Assembly (NCBI GenBank): GCA_963666975.2
Contig: CAXVYR010000004.1
Span: forward strand, 128,001 to 192,000
Direction of reading: 5' to 3'
Length of the DNA stretch: 64,000 nucleotides
Source: Terriglobia bacterium
Lineage (GTDB): Bacteria > Acidobacteriota > Terriglobia > 2-12-FULL-54-10
Positions 34,600 to 43,566 of the stretch are shown here, one piece after another (within the stretch, counting starts at the first letter, position 1; each line of letters starts with the position of its first letter). Under the pieces are notes generated by a model that made no database searches, was not told the DNA's origin, and saw nothing but the letters and a program-made list of their open reading frames with translations. The position numbers and the translations under genes are program-made.

Positions 34600-34951
34600 G
34601 TCAGCGCCAGCTTGCGGGTCCCTGTTCGGAGCCTTCCCGCAGGGATAAATCAGACGAGAGCGACCCCCAAAAAAGGGGGGGTCGCTCTCGTCTTTCCCCG
34701 CCCCTCTCCTTCTGGCGCGGGATCGCCGGGTGGCGCGGGATCGCCGGGTAGTGGCGGGCAAACACAAGAGAGGCAAAGAAATGGAAAAAATGAGTGCTGC
34801 CACAAAAAAATGCCGATTCTTGCCCCAACCCCCCCCTTATATAAGTGGCAAAAAAGATCGGCACGGCCACCGTGCACGGCAGGCCCAAAAAACAGTCTAT
34901 CTCGGAAACGTCCACTGGAGTTCCATTGCTGCGGTTCATTAGACTGTCTCC
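34600..34951. repeat. Iteron-rich non-coding region (oriT/ori-like), copy 1
   Basis: Reverse-complement homolog at 41771-42190; GTGGCA/TGCCAC boxes around CTTATATAAG. Confidence 0.65.
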
Positions 34952-35535
34952 ACCACCTTCACGCGGCTCGAAACCCACGTCTCGAAGCCGTCAATTGTGG
35001 CTCCGACTGAGCCGCTTGCCTTGGGAAGGTTCTTCAAATAACTCAACCGCTCTGAGACTCCCTGCAACCCGCCGTACTTCGCTATGATGTCCGTGTCTAA
35101 GGACAAAACCGCTTCCTCGATGGAATGTATTTTCTCCTTCACGGCAGGGTCGTTCCGGCTCGGTCCATCTGCCCTTTGACTGCTCTGCTCGCCAGCTCGC
35201 TGGCTCCAGGTTTCCAGCGCCGCCTCGGCCCGGATTGTGGCTTTGTGGTCTGCGCCGATTGCGACGGCGCGGACCTCGATACCCTTCAACCGTAAAGCCC
35301 TCCAAAGCCACTCATGAGAATTGCCCCAGGAACGCAGTTCGGTGTCGGTATATTTGCCCGGATCGACGTAGGCGAAGGTGGCGGTTTTGGCGTTAGCCGC
35401 GATGGGCAGTTTCAGGGCAAAGTAACGGGTTTGATTCCCCACGGCTCCCTGATAGATGCGGTGGGGAATCCGTTGGCGGTCGATGCCAAGCAAATCGAAG
35501 AAAGCGACCTTTTCCTGCTCGGTGGGAAGCCAGGC
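34939..35535 (-). pseudogene. 3' part of an element backbone protein
   Basis: WLPTEQEKV..RIYQG..RYFALKLPI..FAYVDPG..ELRSWG; upstream sequence in this frame looks non-homologous. Confidence 0.55.
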
Positions 35536-36079
35536 GTCTTCCACGGTTTTCTCCCAACTCTTTCCTTTCGTTGCTATTACACGGTTTTGGGGCGTCTGCT
35601 TTCGCTCGCAACGCCTACGCCTAGCCCGCTTGATGGGCGAGTTTTCTGACGGTCTCTTGACGGTAGTTGCTGCCATCGCCATGCTCTACTGGCCGCGCAG
35701 CTTGTTGTCGAGCGCGATCCAGTCGTTGCGATACCGGCGCTTGATGGCCTCCACCTGCTCCCACAGCTCGCACCCCGTTCCTCCTTCTATCAACTCCGTC
35801 TCGGTTGAAATCCCGAGTTGGACGAGCAGACCCTGAAGTGCCGCATCTAGCTGGCAGGCCGCTCTGTCTTCACCGGGAGCCACTTCCCAGCCCAGTCCTG
35901 GAACTGCTCCTGATGCTCGACCAAGTTCTTGCCGGCAATGAAGATCAGCTTGCACCGTTCACCTTGGCGACACCACATCACCCTCTTCGATCAGGTGGAG
36001 GTACCTATATGGCCTATTGACAACGGCGGGCTTTGCTCACCTATAGGCGTCCTGATGCGCGGGCTGCTGGAATGGAAGA

Positions 36080-36740
36080 TTAACAGCCCCTTCGCCGGCG
36101 CTTCGCCTTCAAACAAGACGGACGGGGCGGCGCAGACTTAACGCCTCCTGCGTCTTCGCGCTTTCGTTCGTAGCGTTCCCTCCGCACTGAGGAGGGGACA
36201 TCGTCTCTTGGATCGGGCAGTGCATCGACATAGTTCTGGGCGATGGCACTATCTCCTTCGGACCGTCGAAATTGGTCATAGACTCGCACCATTTCATGCG
36301 CAAATTTATCGCTGAGGGGCTCTTTGGATGATCTGTATTTGCTTCCGAATTGGCCGACCCATGTGTGGCGGTTCCCAACTCGAAGTAGACGTTTCAGGAG
36401 TGGAAATTTTGTGCCTCCTTTGTTGTCAATTAGCAGGGGAGCGTGCTCGTATCGAAAGGGCATCTACCTTGGTGACCAGATGGCTGCAGAACGGTCTCGG
36501 TAGGGTAACTACCTTCCTGACGGGCGGGCTAAGGAATACAAGGCGGGTGCCAAGTTTTCCGCCTTGCGCGAATGCCAGCCGTATCCCTTTCAGGTCACAA
36601 GCCGTCTTGGGGTGGAGCAGATTGCGGGCATGGCATCCCGTGATGCCGAAGCTGCCGAATTCCCAAAAGGGATCGTCCCGCATGTCCGAACGCCTCCTTG
36701 GTCTGCGAAGATGCACAATGATGACTTTTTCACCGGGCAT
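36080..36740 (-). pseudogene. Nmad3-associated protein, frameshifted
   Basis: VIIVHLRRP..MRDDPFWEFGSFGITGCH, continuing after a frameshift near 36490 as MPFRYEHAPLLIDN. Confidence 0.55.
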
Positions 36741-37220
36741 CAAGTTGTTCCTCTGAACCAACTCAACCTTTTGCCGTAAAAACCAGCTGTAGAATTTTCT
36801 GGCATTCAGAAATGCGGGCGGTCTGGCGCTGCGCTGAATGTAGCCATCTTTCACCGATAGGCCACCCCACTTTTCGAGCAGGCCGGGAGTCACGCGGTAG
36901 GCTCGGTCGCGCCATTCGCCAATTGGGATGCACTTGGTCAAGCGTCCGGATATAGACACCTTCGCGCGGACAACAATGTCAGCAGCAGCAATCTTACGCA
37001 CGCGCGTATGGGCGTTGCTCTTGTACTCAGTAGGAAGAACCGACGTGGCAGGCAGCACCTTATCAACCACGTACAGTCCAACCAACCCGTAGATCAGTTT
37101 CTCTTTCGCTCGAACCGACTTAAGGCCAGCATAGAAAACCAGAAGGTCATCTTCAGATAGATGCTTGATTCCAGCCCCGCGCTTGTCACCGTTGTCGCCA
37201 TAGGTCAGCCACTCAAAGTC
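36741..37220 (-). pseudogene. Nucleotide-modification-associated domain 3 (Nmad3)-like protein, 5'-truncated
   Basis: DFEWLTYGD..DDLLVFYAGL..NAH..SGRL..IPIG..YRV. Confidence 0.65.
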
Positions 37221-37323
37221 ATTGCCTCTCGCATTGCTGATCGTGGTAGACTGTGCCGGGGTTTTTGTCCTCTAAACCTGCCATCGACCCCACGCGCCTT
37301 CAGCTCGTGGAATAGGAAGGAAG

Positions 37324-38328
37324 ATGAAACGAATGATGAAATATCGTCTCTCCCCATTTCTGGTTCTCTTAATCCTGCTGTGCGTCGCGCCGCAAGCTTT
37401 CGGCGCCGATGAACCCGTGTCTTGCTCAGATCACTCCATCAACGCCCACGCTTTGCTCACAACGGGGGACGTTCAGGTGTTCGTTCAATGCGCCCACGAG
37501 TTCGTCCAGCAAGTGGGCTTTGAGGAGGCCCGTCGGGCCTTCCACGAAGACGAGCGTTGGAGAAGCGGTCCAACCTATGTCTTCGTCGACGAAGTGACGG
37601 CAATGAGATTGGATGCCCGAGCTTTCATCTTCCCGCCCGATCCGTCGCTGGAAGGGCAACCCTGGGGCCCGTTGATCGACGCCTACGGCGACTACTACGA
37701 GGAACTGTATCGTGTCATGAGCGTCGTCGATGAAGGCTGGCTCTACTACGCCTTCAGAAACCCGGCTACCGGCAGGGATGAGCCGAAGGCTTCCTACGTC
37801 AAAAAAATCGACTGGGACGGGGTGCCTTCTGCAATCGGCGCGGGCATCTACCGCCGCGACCTTCCCGGCACCTGCGAGGCGGAAGAGGTCAACGCCATGC
37901 AACTCGAGGCAGCGCCTTCCGCCCAGAGGCTGCAGGAGTTTGTCCGTTGCGCCGCCATGGAGCTGGAATCGAGTGGGTACTTCGCCGTCGGGGCGCTATC
38001 CAGCTATCCCCGCTGGCGAAACCAGTCGATCTACGTGTTCGGCCTGGATACCTACGGCAACCCGCTGTTCAGCGGCGATCTCTATAGCCAGCCGTGGTGG
38101 GGCGCCCTTGCCCCCGAGTTGAACGACCATGTGGGCGGACCCTTTGGGGGCCGGGATGTGGTGAGCGTCGGCAACGCCTTCGGCGAAGCCTTCCTGTACT
38201 ACTCGACGCGCAATCCCTTCACCGGGATGCTGCAACGCAAGGTGACTTTCGTCAAGAGGATACTGGTCTATGGCCTGCCGATTCTGGTCGGCGCCGGCTA
38301 TTATCTGGACGGCGAGGAGGGTCCGTAG
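37324..38328 (+). CDS. Secreted double-Cache domain protein, copy 1
   Basis: Signal peptide; two Cache-like units (YVFV..GWLYY..NPATG..EPKASYVK..IGAGIY). Confidence 0.8.
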   Translation: MKRMMKYRLSPFLVLLILLCVAPQAFGADEPVSCSDHSINAHALLTTGDVQVFVQCAHEFVQQVGFEEARRAFHEDERWRSGPTYVFVDEVTAMRLDARAFIFPPDPSLEGQPWGPLIDAYGDYYEELYRVMSVVDEGWLYYAFRNPATGRDEPKASYVKKIDWDGVPSAIGAGIYRRDLPGTCEAEEVNAMQLEAAPSAQRLQEFVRCAAMELESSGYFAVGALSSYPRWRNQSIYVFGLDTYGNPLFSGDLYSQPWWGALAPELNDHVGGPFGGRDVVSVGNAFGEAFLYYSTRNPFTGMLQRKVTFVKRILVYGLPILVGAGYYLDGEEGP

Positions 38329-38524
38329 GTCGGGCCAGGGTGCCTTTCTTGCCTTACCCCTTGACGGCGTGCGGGACTTGAGGAAGGTTATTTTGTGACA
38401 CTCAAAGCCCCGTCGCGGTCCTCGCCGGGCCTGAACTACGGGACGGCCCAGGGAGTGCTGGGGCTCCCGCCCTCAAAACTGCCATCGCTCCCACGCGCCT
38501 TCAACACGTGGAATAGCTAAGGAG

Positions 38525-39529
38525 ATGAAACTGATGAAACTTAGCCTCCCTCCATCTTTGGTTCTCTTAGTCCTACTGTGCGCCGCCCCGCAGGCTTTTG
38601 GTACCACCGAACCCGTGCCGTGCGCGAATAAATCCATCGTTGCCAGCGCCGTGCGCACACTGGGGGACATTCAGGCGTTCGTTCAATGCGCCTATGAGTA
38701 TGTCCAGGAAGTGGGTTTTGAGGAGGCCCGCCGGGCCTTCCACGAGGACGAGCGTTGGAGAAGCGGTCCCATCTATGTCGTCGTCAGCGAAGTGGCACAA
38801 ATGCCCGAGACGGCTCGTGCTTTCGTCTTTCCGCCCGCCCCTTCGCAGGAAGGGCAACCGTGGGGGCCGCTGGTCGATGTCTTCGGCAACGACTACGTCG
38901 TGGAACTACACCGTATCCTGAACAGCTTCAGCACGGGTTGGCTCTACTACTCCGTCACAAACCCAACGACGGGCAGAGATGAGCCGAAGGTTTCCTACCT
39001 CAAGAGCATCCACTGGGACGGGAATCCGGCCTCGATCAGCGCGGGGATTTACCGGCGCGACCTGCCCGGCACCTGCGCGGCGGAAGAGGTCAACGCCGGC
39101 CTGCTCGAATCCGATCCTTCCAACGCGCGGCTGCAGGAGTTCGTCCGTTGCGCCGCCATGGAGCTGGAATCGAATGGGTACTTCGCCATCCGGGCGCTCT
39201 CCAGCGATCCCCGCTGGCGAAACCAATCGATCTACGTGTTCGGCCTGGATACCAACGGCAACTCGCTGTTCAGCGGCAATTTCTACAGCCAGTCGTGGTG
39301 GGGCAGCCTTTCTCCGGAGTTGAACGACCATATAGACGGACCCTTTGGGGGCCGGGACGTGGTGAGCGTTGGCGATGCCTTCGGGGAAACCTTTCTGTAC
39401 TACTCCACGCGCAATCCCTCCACCGGGAGGATGCAGGACAAGGTGGCTTTCGTCAAGAGAGTCGTGATCTCCGGCCTGCCGATCCTGGTCGGCTCCGGCT
39501 ATTACCTGGACGGCGAGGAGGGTCCGTAG
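38525..39529 (+). CDS. Secreted double-Cache domain protein, copy 2
   Basis: Paralog of copy 1; AAGGAG SD. Confidence 0.8.
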   Translation: MKLMKLSLPPSLVLLVLLCAAPQAFGTTEPVPCANKSIVASAVRTLGDIQAFVQCAYEYVQEVGFEEARRAFHEDERWRSGPIYVVVSEVAQMPETARAFVFPPAPSQEGQPWGPLVDVFGNDYVVELHRILNSFSTGWLYYSVTNPTTGRDEPKVSYLKSIHWDGNPASISAGIYRRDLPGTCAAEEVNAGLLESDPSNARLQEFVRCAAMELESNGYFAIRALSSDPRWRNQSIYVFGLDTNGNSLFSGNFYSQSWWGSLSPELNDHIDGPFGGRDVVSVGDAFGETFLYYSTRNPSTGRMQDKVAFVKRVVISGLPILVGSGYYLDGEEGP

Positions 39530-39632
39530 GCCGGGCCTGAACTACGCTACGACCAAAAGGTGGTGCAGGGGTTCCCGCCCTACAAAACCGCCATCGCTCC
39601 CACGCGCCTTCAACTCGTGGAATAGCAAGGAG

Positions 39633-40622
39633 ATGAAACTGGTGAAACTTAGCCTCCCCCCATCTCTGATTCTCTTAATCCTACTATGCGCAGCGCCGCA
39701 GACTTTTGGCGCCGATGAACCCGTGCCTTGCTCGGATCACTCCATCGTTGCCAGCGCCGTGCGCACAACAGGGGACGTTCAGGCGTTCGTTCAATGCGCT
39801 TATGAGTTCGTCCAGGAAGTGGGCTTTGAGGAAGCCCGCAGGGCTTTTAACGAGGACGAGCGTTGGAAAAGCGGCCCCATCTATGTCTTCGTCTCCGAAG
39901 TGACGCCGATGAGCGATCAGGCCCGACTCTTCGTCTTCCCGCCCGCTCGGCCGAGGGAAGGATCAAGCTTAGGACTGTTGATCGACGCCTACGGCAACGA
40001 CTACTACAAGGAACAGCATCGTATCGTGAGCGGCTTCGGCGCGGGCTGGCTCTACTATTCCTTCTTAAACCCCGCGACCGGCCGGGATGAGCCAAAGGCT
40101 ACTTTCATCAAGGGCATCGACTGGGACGGGAATGCGGCCGCAATCGGCGCGGGCATCTACCGCCGCGACCTTCCCGGCACCTGCGAGGCGGAAGAGGTCA
40201 ACGCCATGCAACTCGAGGCAGCTCCTTCCGTCCAGAGGCTGCAGGAGTTTGTCCGTTGCGCCGCCATGGAGCTGGAATCGAATGGGTACTTCGCCATCCG
40301 GGCGTTATCCAGCGATCCCCGCTGGCGCAGCCAATCGATCTACGTGTTCGGCCTGGATACCTACGGCAACGCGCTGTTCAGCGGCAATCTCTACAGCCAG
40401 CCGTGGTGGGGCGCCCTTGCCCCCGAGTTGAACGACCATGTGGACGGACCCTTTGGGGGCCGGGATGTGGTGAGCGTCGGCAACGCCTTCGGTGAAACCT
40501 TCCTGCACTACTCGACGCGCAATCCCTCCACCGGAATGCTGCAGCGCAAGGTGGCTTTCGTCAAGAGGATAATAGTCTATGGCCTGCCGATTCTAGTCGC
40601 CGCCGGCTATTATCTGGATTGA
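39633..40622 (+). CDS. Secreted double-Cache domain protein, copy 3
   Basis: Paralog that is a mosaic of copies 1 and 2. Confidence 0.8.
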   Translation: MKLVKLSLPPSLILLILLCAAPQTFGADEPVPCSDHSIVASAVRTTGDVQAFVQCAYEFVQEVGFEEARRAFNEDERWKSGPIYVFVSEVTPMSDQARLFVFPPARPREGSSLGLLIDAYGNDYYKEQHRIVSGFGAGWLYYSFLNPATGRDEPKATFIKGIDWDGNAAAIGAGIYRRDLPGTCEAEEVNAMQLEAAPSVQRLQEFVRCAAMELESNGYFAIRALSSDPRWRSQSIYVFGLDTYGNALFSGNLYSQPWWGALAPELNDHVDGPFGGRDVVSVGNAFGETFLHYSTRNPSTGMLQRKVAFVKRIIVYGLPILVAAGYYLD

Positions 40623-40691
40623 AGCGAGCCGGTTCGCAAGCGGCCGACTATCGGGCCGCTGAAGCACAGCGGCACAGCCAGCGAATCTCCG

Positions 40692-40911
40692 ATTCGCAGC
40701 ACACGCAGATTGCCACCCTACTCAACCGCCTCGGACTCCCGGACTCCGGGTGAATCGCTCGGCTAACCTGTCCGCGAATGTCCCTGACGGTCCAATGGAT
40801 TCCCGTTCGGAAAGAGGGATACAATGAGGGGATCATGTTGGGTTCATATCAAGTATATCGATTATTATGAACAACTTATAAGTTTAACTTGGTTGACGCT
40901 ACCTCAGGCAT
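40692..40911. repeat. Second element end (attR-like), inverted relative to 31927-32133
   Basis: Ends TGGTTG-ACGCTACCT-CAGGCAT: the same core arm but a different 9-bp spacer. Confidence 0.85.
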
Positions 40912-40986
40912 CTTTTCCAAACCCCGTCAAATTTGGTAAGCTGGTGGGACTGCGGTGATGCAGCAGGAATGGTGAGGAGGAGTGCA

Positions 40987-41748
40987 ATGACGGCAGGGTT
41001 CAGGGGTATCGTCCGGCGGCTGTCTCCGCTGATTCTGTTGCTGGCCTGCGGTCTGCCGGCCCAGGCCCAGGACCGGGCCGCTCTCGAGCAGCGCCTCAGC
41101 GAGCGCGTGGAGCAGCTCTATCAATTGTTCGTTTCCGGCGACTGGAGCAAGGTGGACGCATACATCACGGATGATTCCCGGAACATCTGGCTGGCCCAGG
41201 CCAAAAACACCATCGAAGCGTTTGAGATTGACGCGGTGACGGTCGCGCCCGACGGCTAAAAGGCCGACGTCACCGTGATGATCTCCTACCGCATCCCGCA
41301 AGCTCTCGGCGCGCCCTTCACCCAGCCGCAGAAGACCGAGTGGCTCCATCAGGGAGGAGAGTGGTTTGTCCAGTTGAAGCCTCCGCCTTCCCCGATGGAC
41401 CTGTTCACAAAGGGTGCCACCGCCGTAAAGCCTGCCGCACCGAAGCCCGCCTTCCGGTTCGACCAAAACCCCGTGAGCATTGCCCGTCCGGCAGCGGGCT
41501 TCAAAGCCGTTGTAAAAGTCCCCTTTGAAAATGTGACGACCGAGGTGGTGACCCTCCAGGACGTCATCACCACCTGCCCTTGCCTGCAGGCCAAGGTGGA
41601 TCAAGCGGTGATCGACCCGGGCGGAAAAGGAGTCCTCACGATCACCTATCTTCCCTCCGAAGCGCCCTCTTTCCAGCAACCGCTCAGCGTCCGAGCCGTG
41701 CTCGCTCCGTCAAACTACGTTTTGGATCTGCCGGTGGTGATTAAGTAG
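40987..41748 (+). pseudogene. Secreted protein with C-terminal DUF1573/Ig-like domain and an in-frame TAA at 41257
   Basis: AGGAGG SD; signal peptide; PFEN..V.TTCPC..IDPGGKG.L.ITY; frame continuous across the TAA. Confidence 0.65.
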
Positions 41749-41770
41749 GTAGCGACAGGCCTTAGGTAGG

Positions 41771-42190
41771 GGAGACAGTCTAATGAACCGCAGCAATGGA
41801 ACTCCAGTGGACGTTTCCGAGATAGAGCGTTTTTTGGGCCTGCCACAAACGGTGGCCGTGCCGATCTTTTTTGCCACTTATATAAGGGGGGGTTGTGGCA
41901 AGAATCGGCATTTTTTTGTGGCAGCACTCATTTTGTCCATTTCTTTGCCTCGCAGTGGTTTTCCTGCTACTACCAGGCCATCCCGCGCCAGAAGGAGAGG
42001 CGCGGGGAAAGACGAGAGCGACCCCCCCTTTTTTGCCGCTCTATCGGCAAACAGGAAAAGGGGTTTGTGGCAGGGTTTGTGGCATACCCTGCCACCCCCT
42101 TTTGGGGGTCGCTCTCGTCTGATTTATCCCTGCGGGAAGGCTCCGAACCCTAACCCCAAAAGGGCGCTGAGGCGCCGGAGGCAAGCCCCA
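41771..42190. repeat. Iteron-rich non-coding region, copy 2
   Basis: Inverted homolog of 34600-34951 with an extra GGGTTTGTGGCA tandem. Confidence 0.65.
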
Positions 42191-42575
42191 TGAAAATACG
42201 CCATCCGATCCTGATAGTTGCTGGGCTTGGCTGCTCCGCTTGGGGTTTCCTCTACCGGCCTTTCCCCCTGCCCGGCCACGATCCAATGCTCGACCTGGTG
42301 CTCTATCACACCCCCAACTTCTACACCTGGATCGTCTGGTGGTACTACATCGCGCCAGCCGCCGCCGTCGTCGTCAGCGGACTGTTTCTCATCACGGTCT
42401 GGCGGGTCTGGTTTGAGTCTTGGGGCGTCGGCCTTCCGAACATCCAGATGCTTCCACCGTGGCCCGTGAATCCCGCAGAAGACGACGGGCCGTCGATCGT
42501 TGTTGGGGAGGTTCATCACCCGGTCAAAGCCGTCGAATCTCGTAACCCTTCCTGGCTCATTATCCCGGAGCGCGG
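42190..42575 (+). pseudogene. 5' fragment of the probable coupling protein (copy 2)
   Basis: MKIRHPILIV..LPPWP..SIVVGEVHHPV..PSWLIIPERG, truncated where a P-loop region would be expected. Confidence 0.6.
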
Positions 42576-42633
42576 CCGCGCGCGCGCGTGGCCCCTGGCG
42601 GGCCGTGTCGCGTGCGATAATCCCTATTGATAA

Positions 42634-43354
42634 GGGGCTGTCCTAGCTAAGGGTGATTCTGTCTCGATTTGATCCATGTCTTCAATTGGTTAAGCAGTGT
42701 CCGGTGGTTACCGCCATTGAAGCGCCATTCGCACTCCTTCAGGAAGAGGTGAAAACTCTGTTTGGGCACCCCGTTGAAGCGCCGAAGATGCCGCTTTGCC
42801 TGGTTCCAGAAGTTCTCGATCCCATTGATGTGGTTCCGTTCGTCGACGAACCGTTCCGAGTGGTTGATCCGAACATGGTGGAAGTCCGACACATCCAGAG
42901 CATCGTAGCTCGAAAAGCCATCCGTGTAGACGATGCTGTCGGGCTGGATCAGGCGCTCCATGATCGGCATCAACGTGTCCGTACGGGCATTGGGGATCAT
43001 CACCGTGTAGACCCTTCCTCCACGCTTCAAAAGCCCGAAAACCGGGACTTTCCCGCCAGCACCACGACCGCGTTTGCCCTTGCGGCGACCACCGAAGTAA
43101 CTCTCGTCCACTTCGATTTCGCCGCAAACCGAAGAGGCTTTCTGGGTCTCCTCGGCAATCACCGTGCGAATCCGTGTATAGAACGAAGCGGCCGTGTTCC
43201 GATGAACCCCGACAAGCTCAGCCGCCGCCCGTGCCGTCGTCCCGGCAACGAAGTGCTCCACCAACCGATCCCGCTTCGCCTTGCTCAGCCGACTACGCCG
43301 TTCGTACATATCGCCATCCTATCCCTAAGCAATCTGCTTAGCTAGGACAGCCCC
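42634..43354 (-). mobile_element. IS1595-family (IS1016-like) element, 721 bp; transposase 42647-43309
   Basis: Perfect 18-bp IR GGGGCTGTCCTAGCTAAG; 8-bp TSD ATTGATAA; EVDESYFGG, VYTDG, HINGIENFW. Confidence 0.95.
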
Positions 43355-43489
43355 ATTGATAATTACATGTATGGCGAAGGATTCTGAGGGCAGGGAGAAC
43401 ACGCCCCCATGACCAATGGACCAGCGATCGTCATCGGCGGCGAGTGTCCGACTTGGCCAGACGGCCCTCGAACCCTGAAGGCGCTGCCC

Positions 43490-43566
43490 GCCAGCCACTC
43501 CGCCTCGCAGCGGGTCCACCCGTGCGTCATCAGGACAGCCGCTCGGTCCCGAAGATGGGCGATCAT
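43490..43566 (-). pseudogene. 5' stub of a backbone gene translationally coupled to the integrase
   Basis: TGATG overlap with the int stop; MIAHLRDRAAVLMTHGWTRCEAEWLA, then degenerates. Confidence 0.5.

Noticed and set aside
32447-40622. RT plus Cache paralogs as a diversity-generating retroelement
   Set aside because: The RT lacks DGR features and has a long helical tail. There is no Avd and no non-coding TR, and differences among the paralogs are not adenine-specific.
37270-40640. Integron cassette array
   Set aside because: The intergenic repeats lack attC RYYYAAC/GTTRRRY ends, and the integrase is IntA-like rather than IntI.
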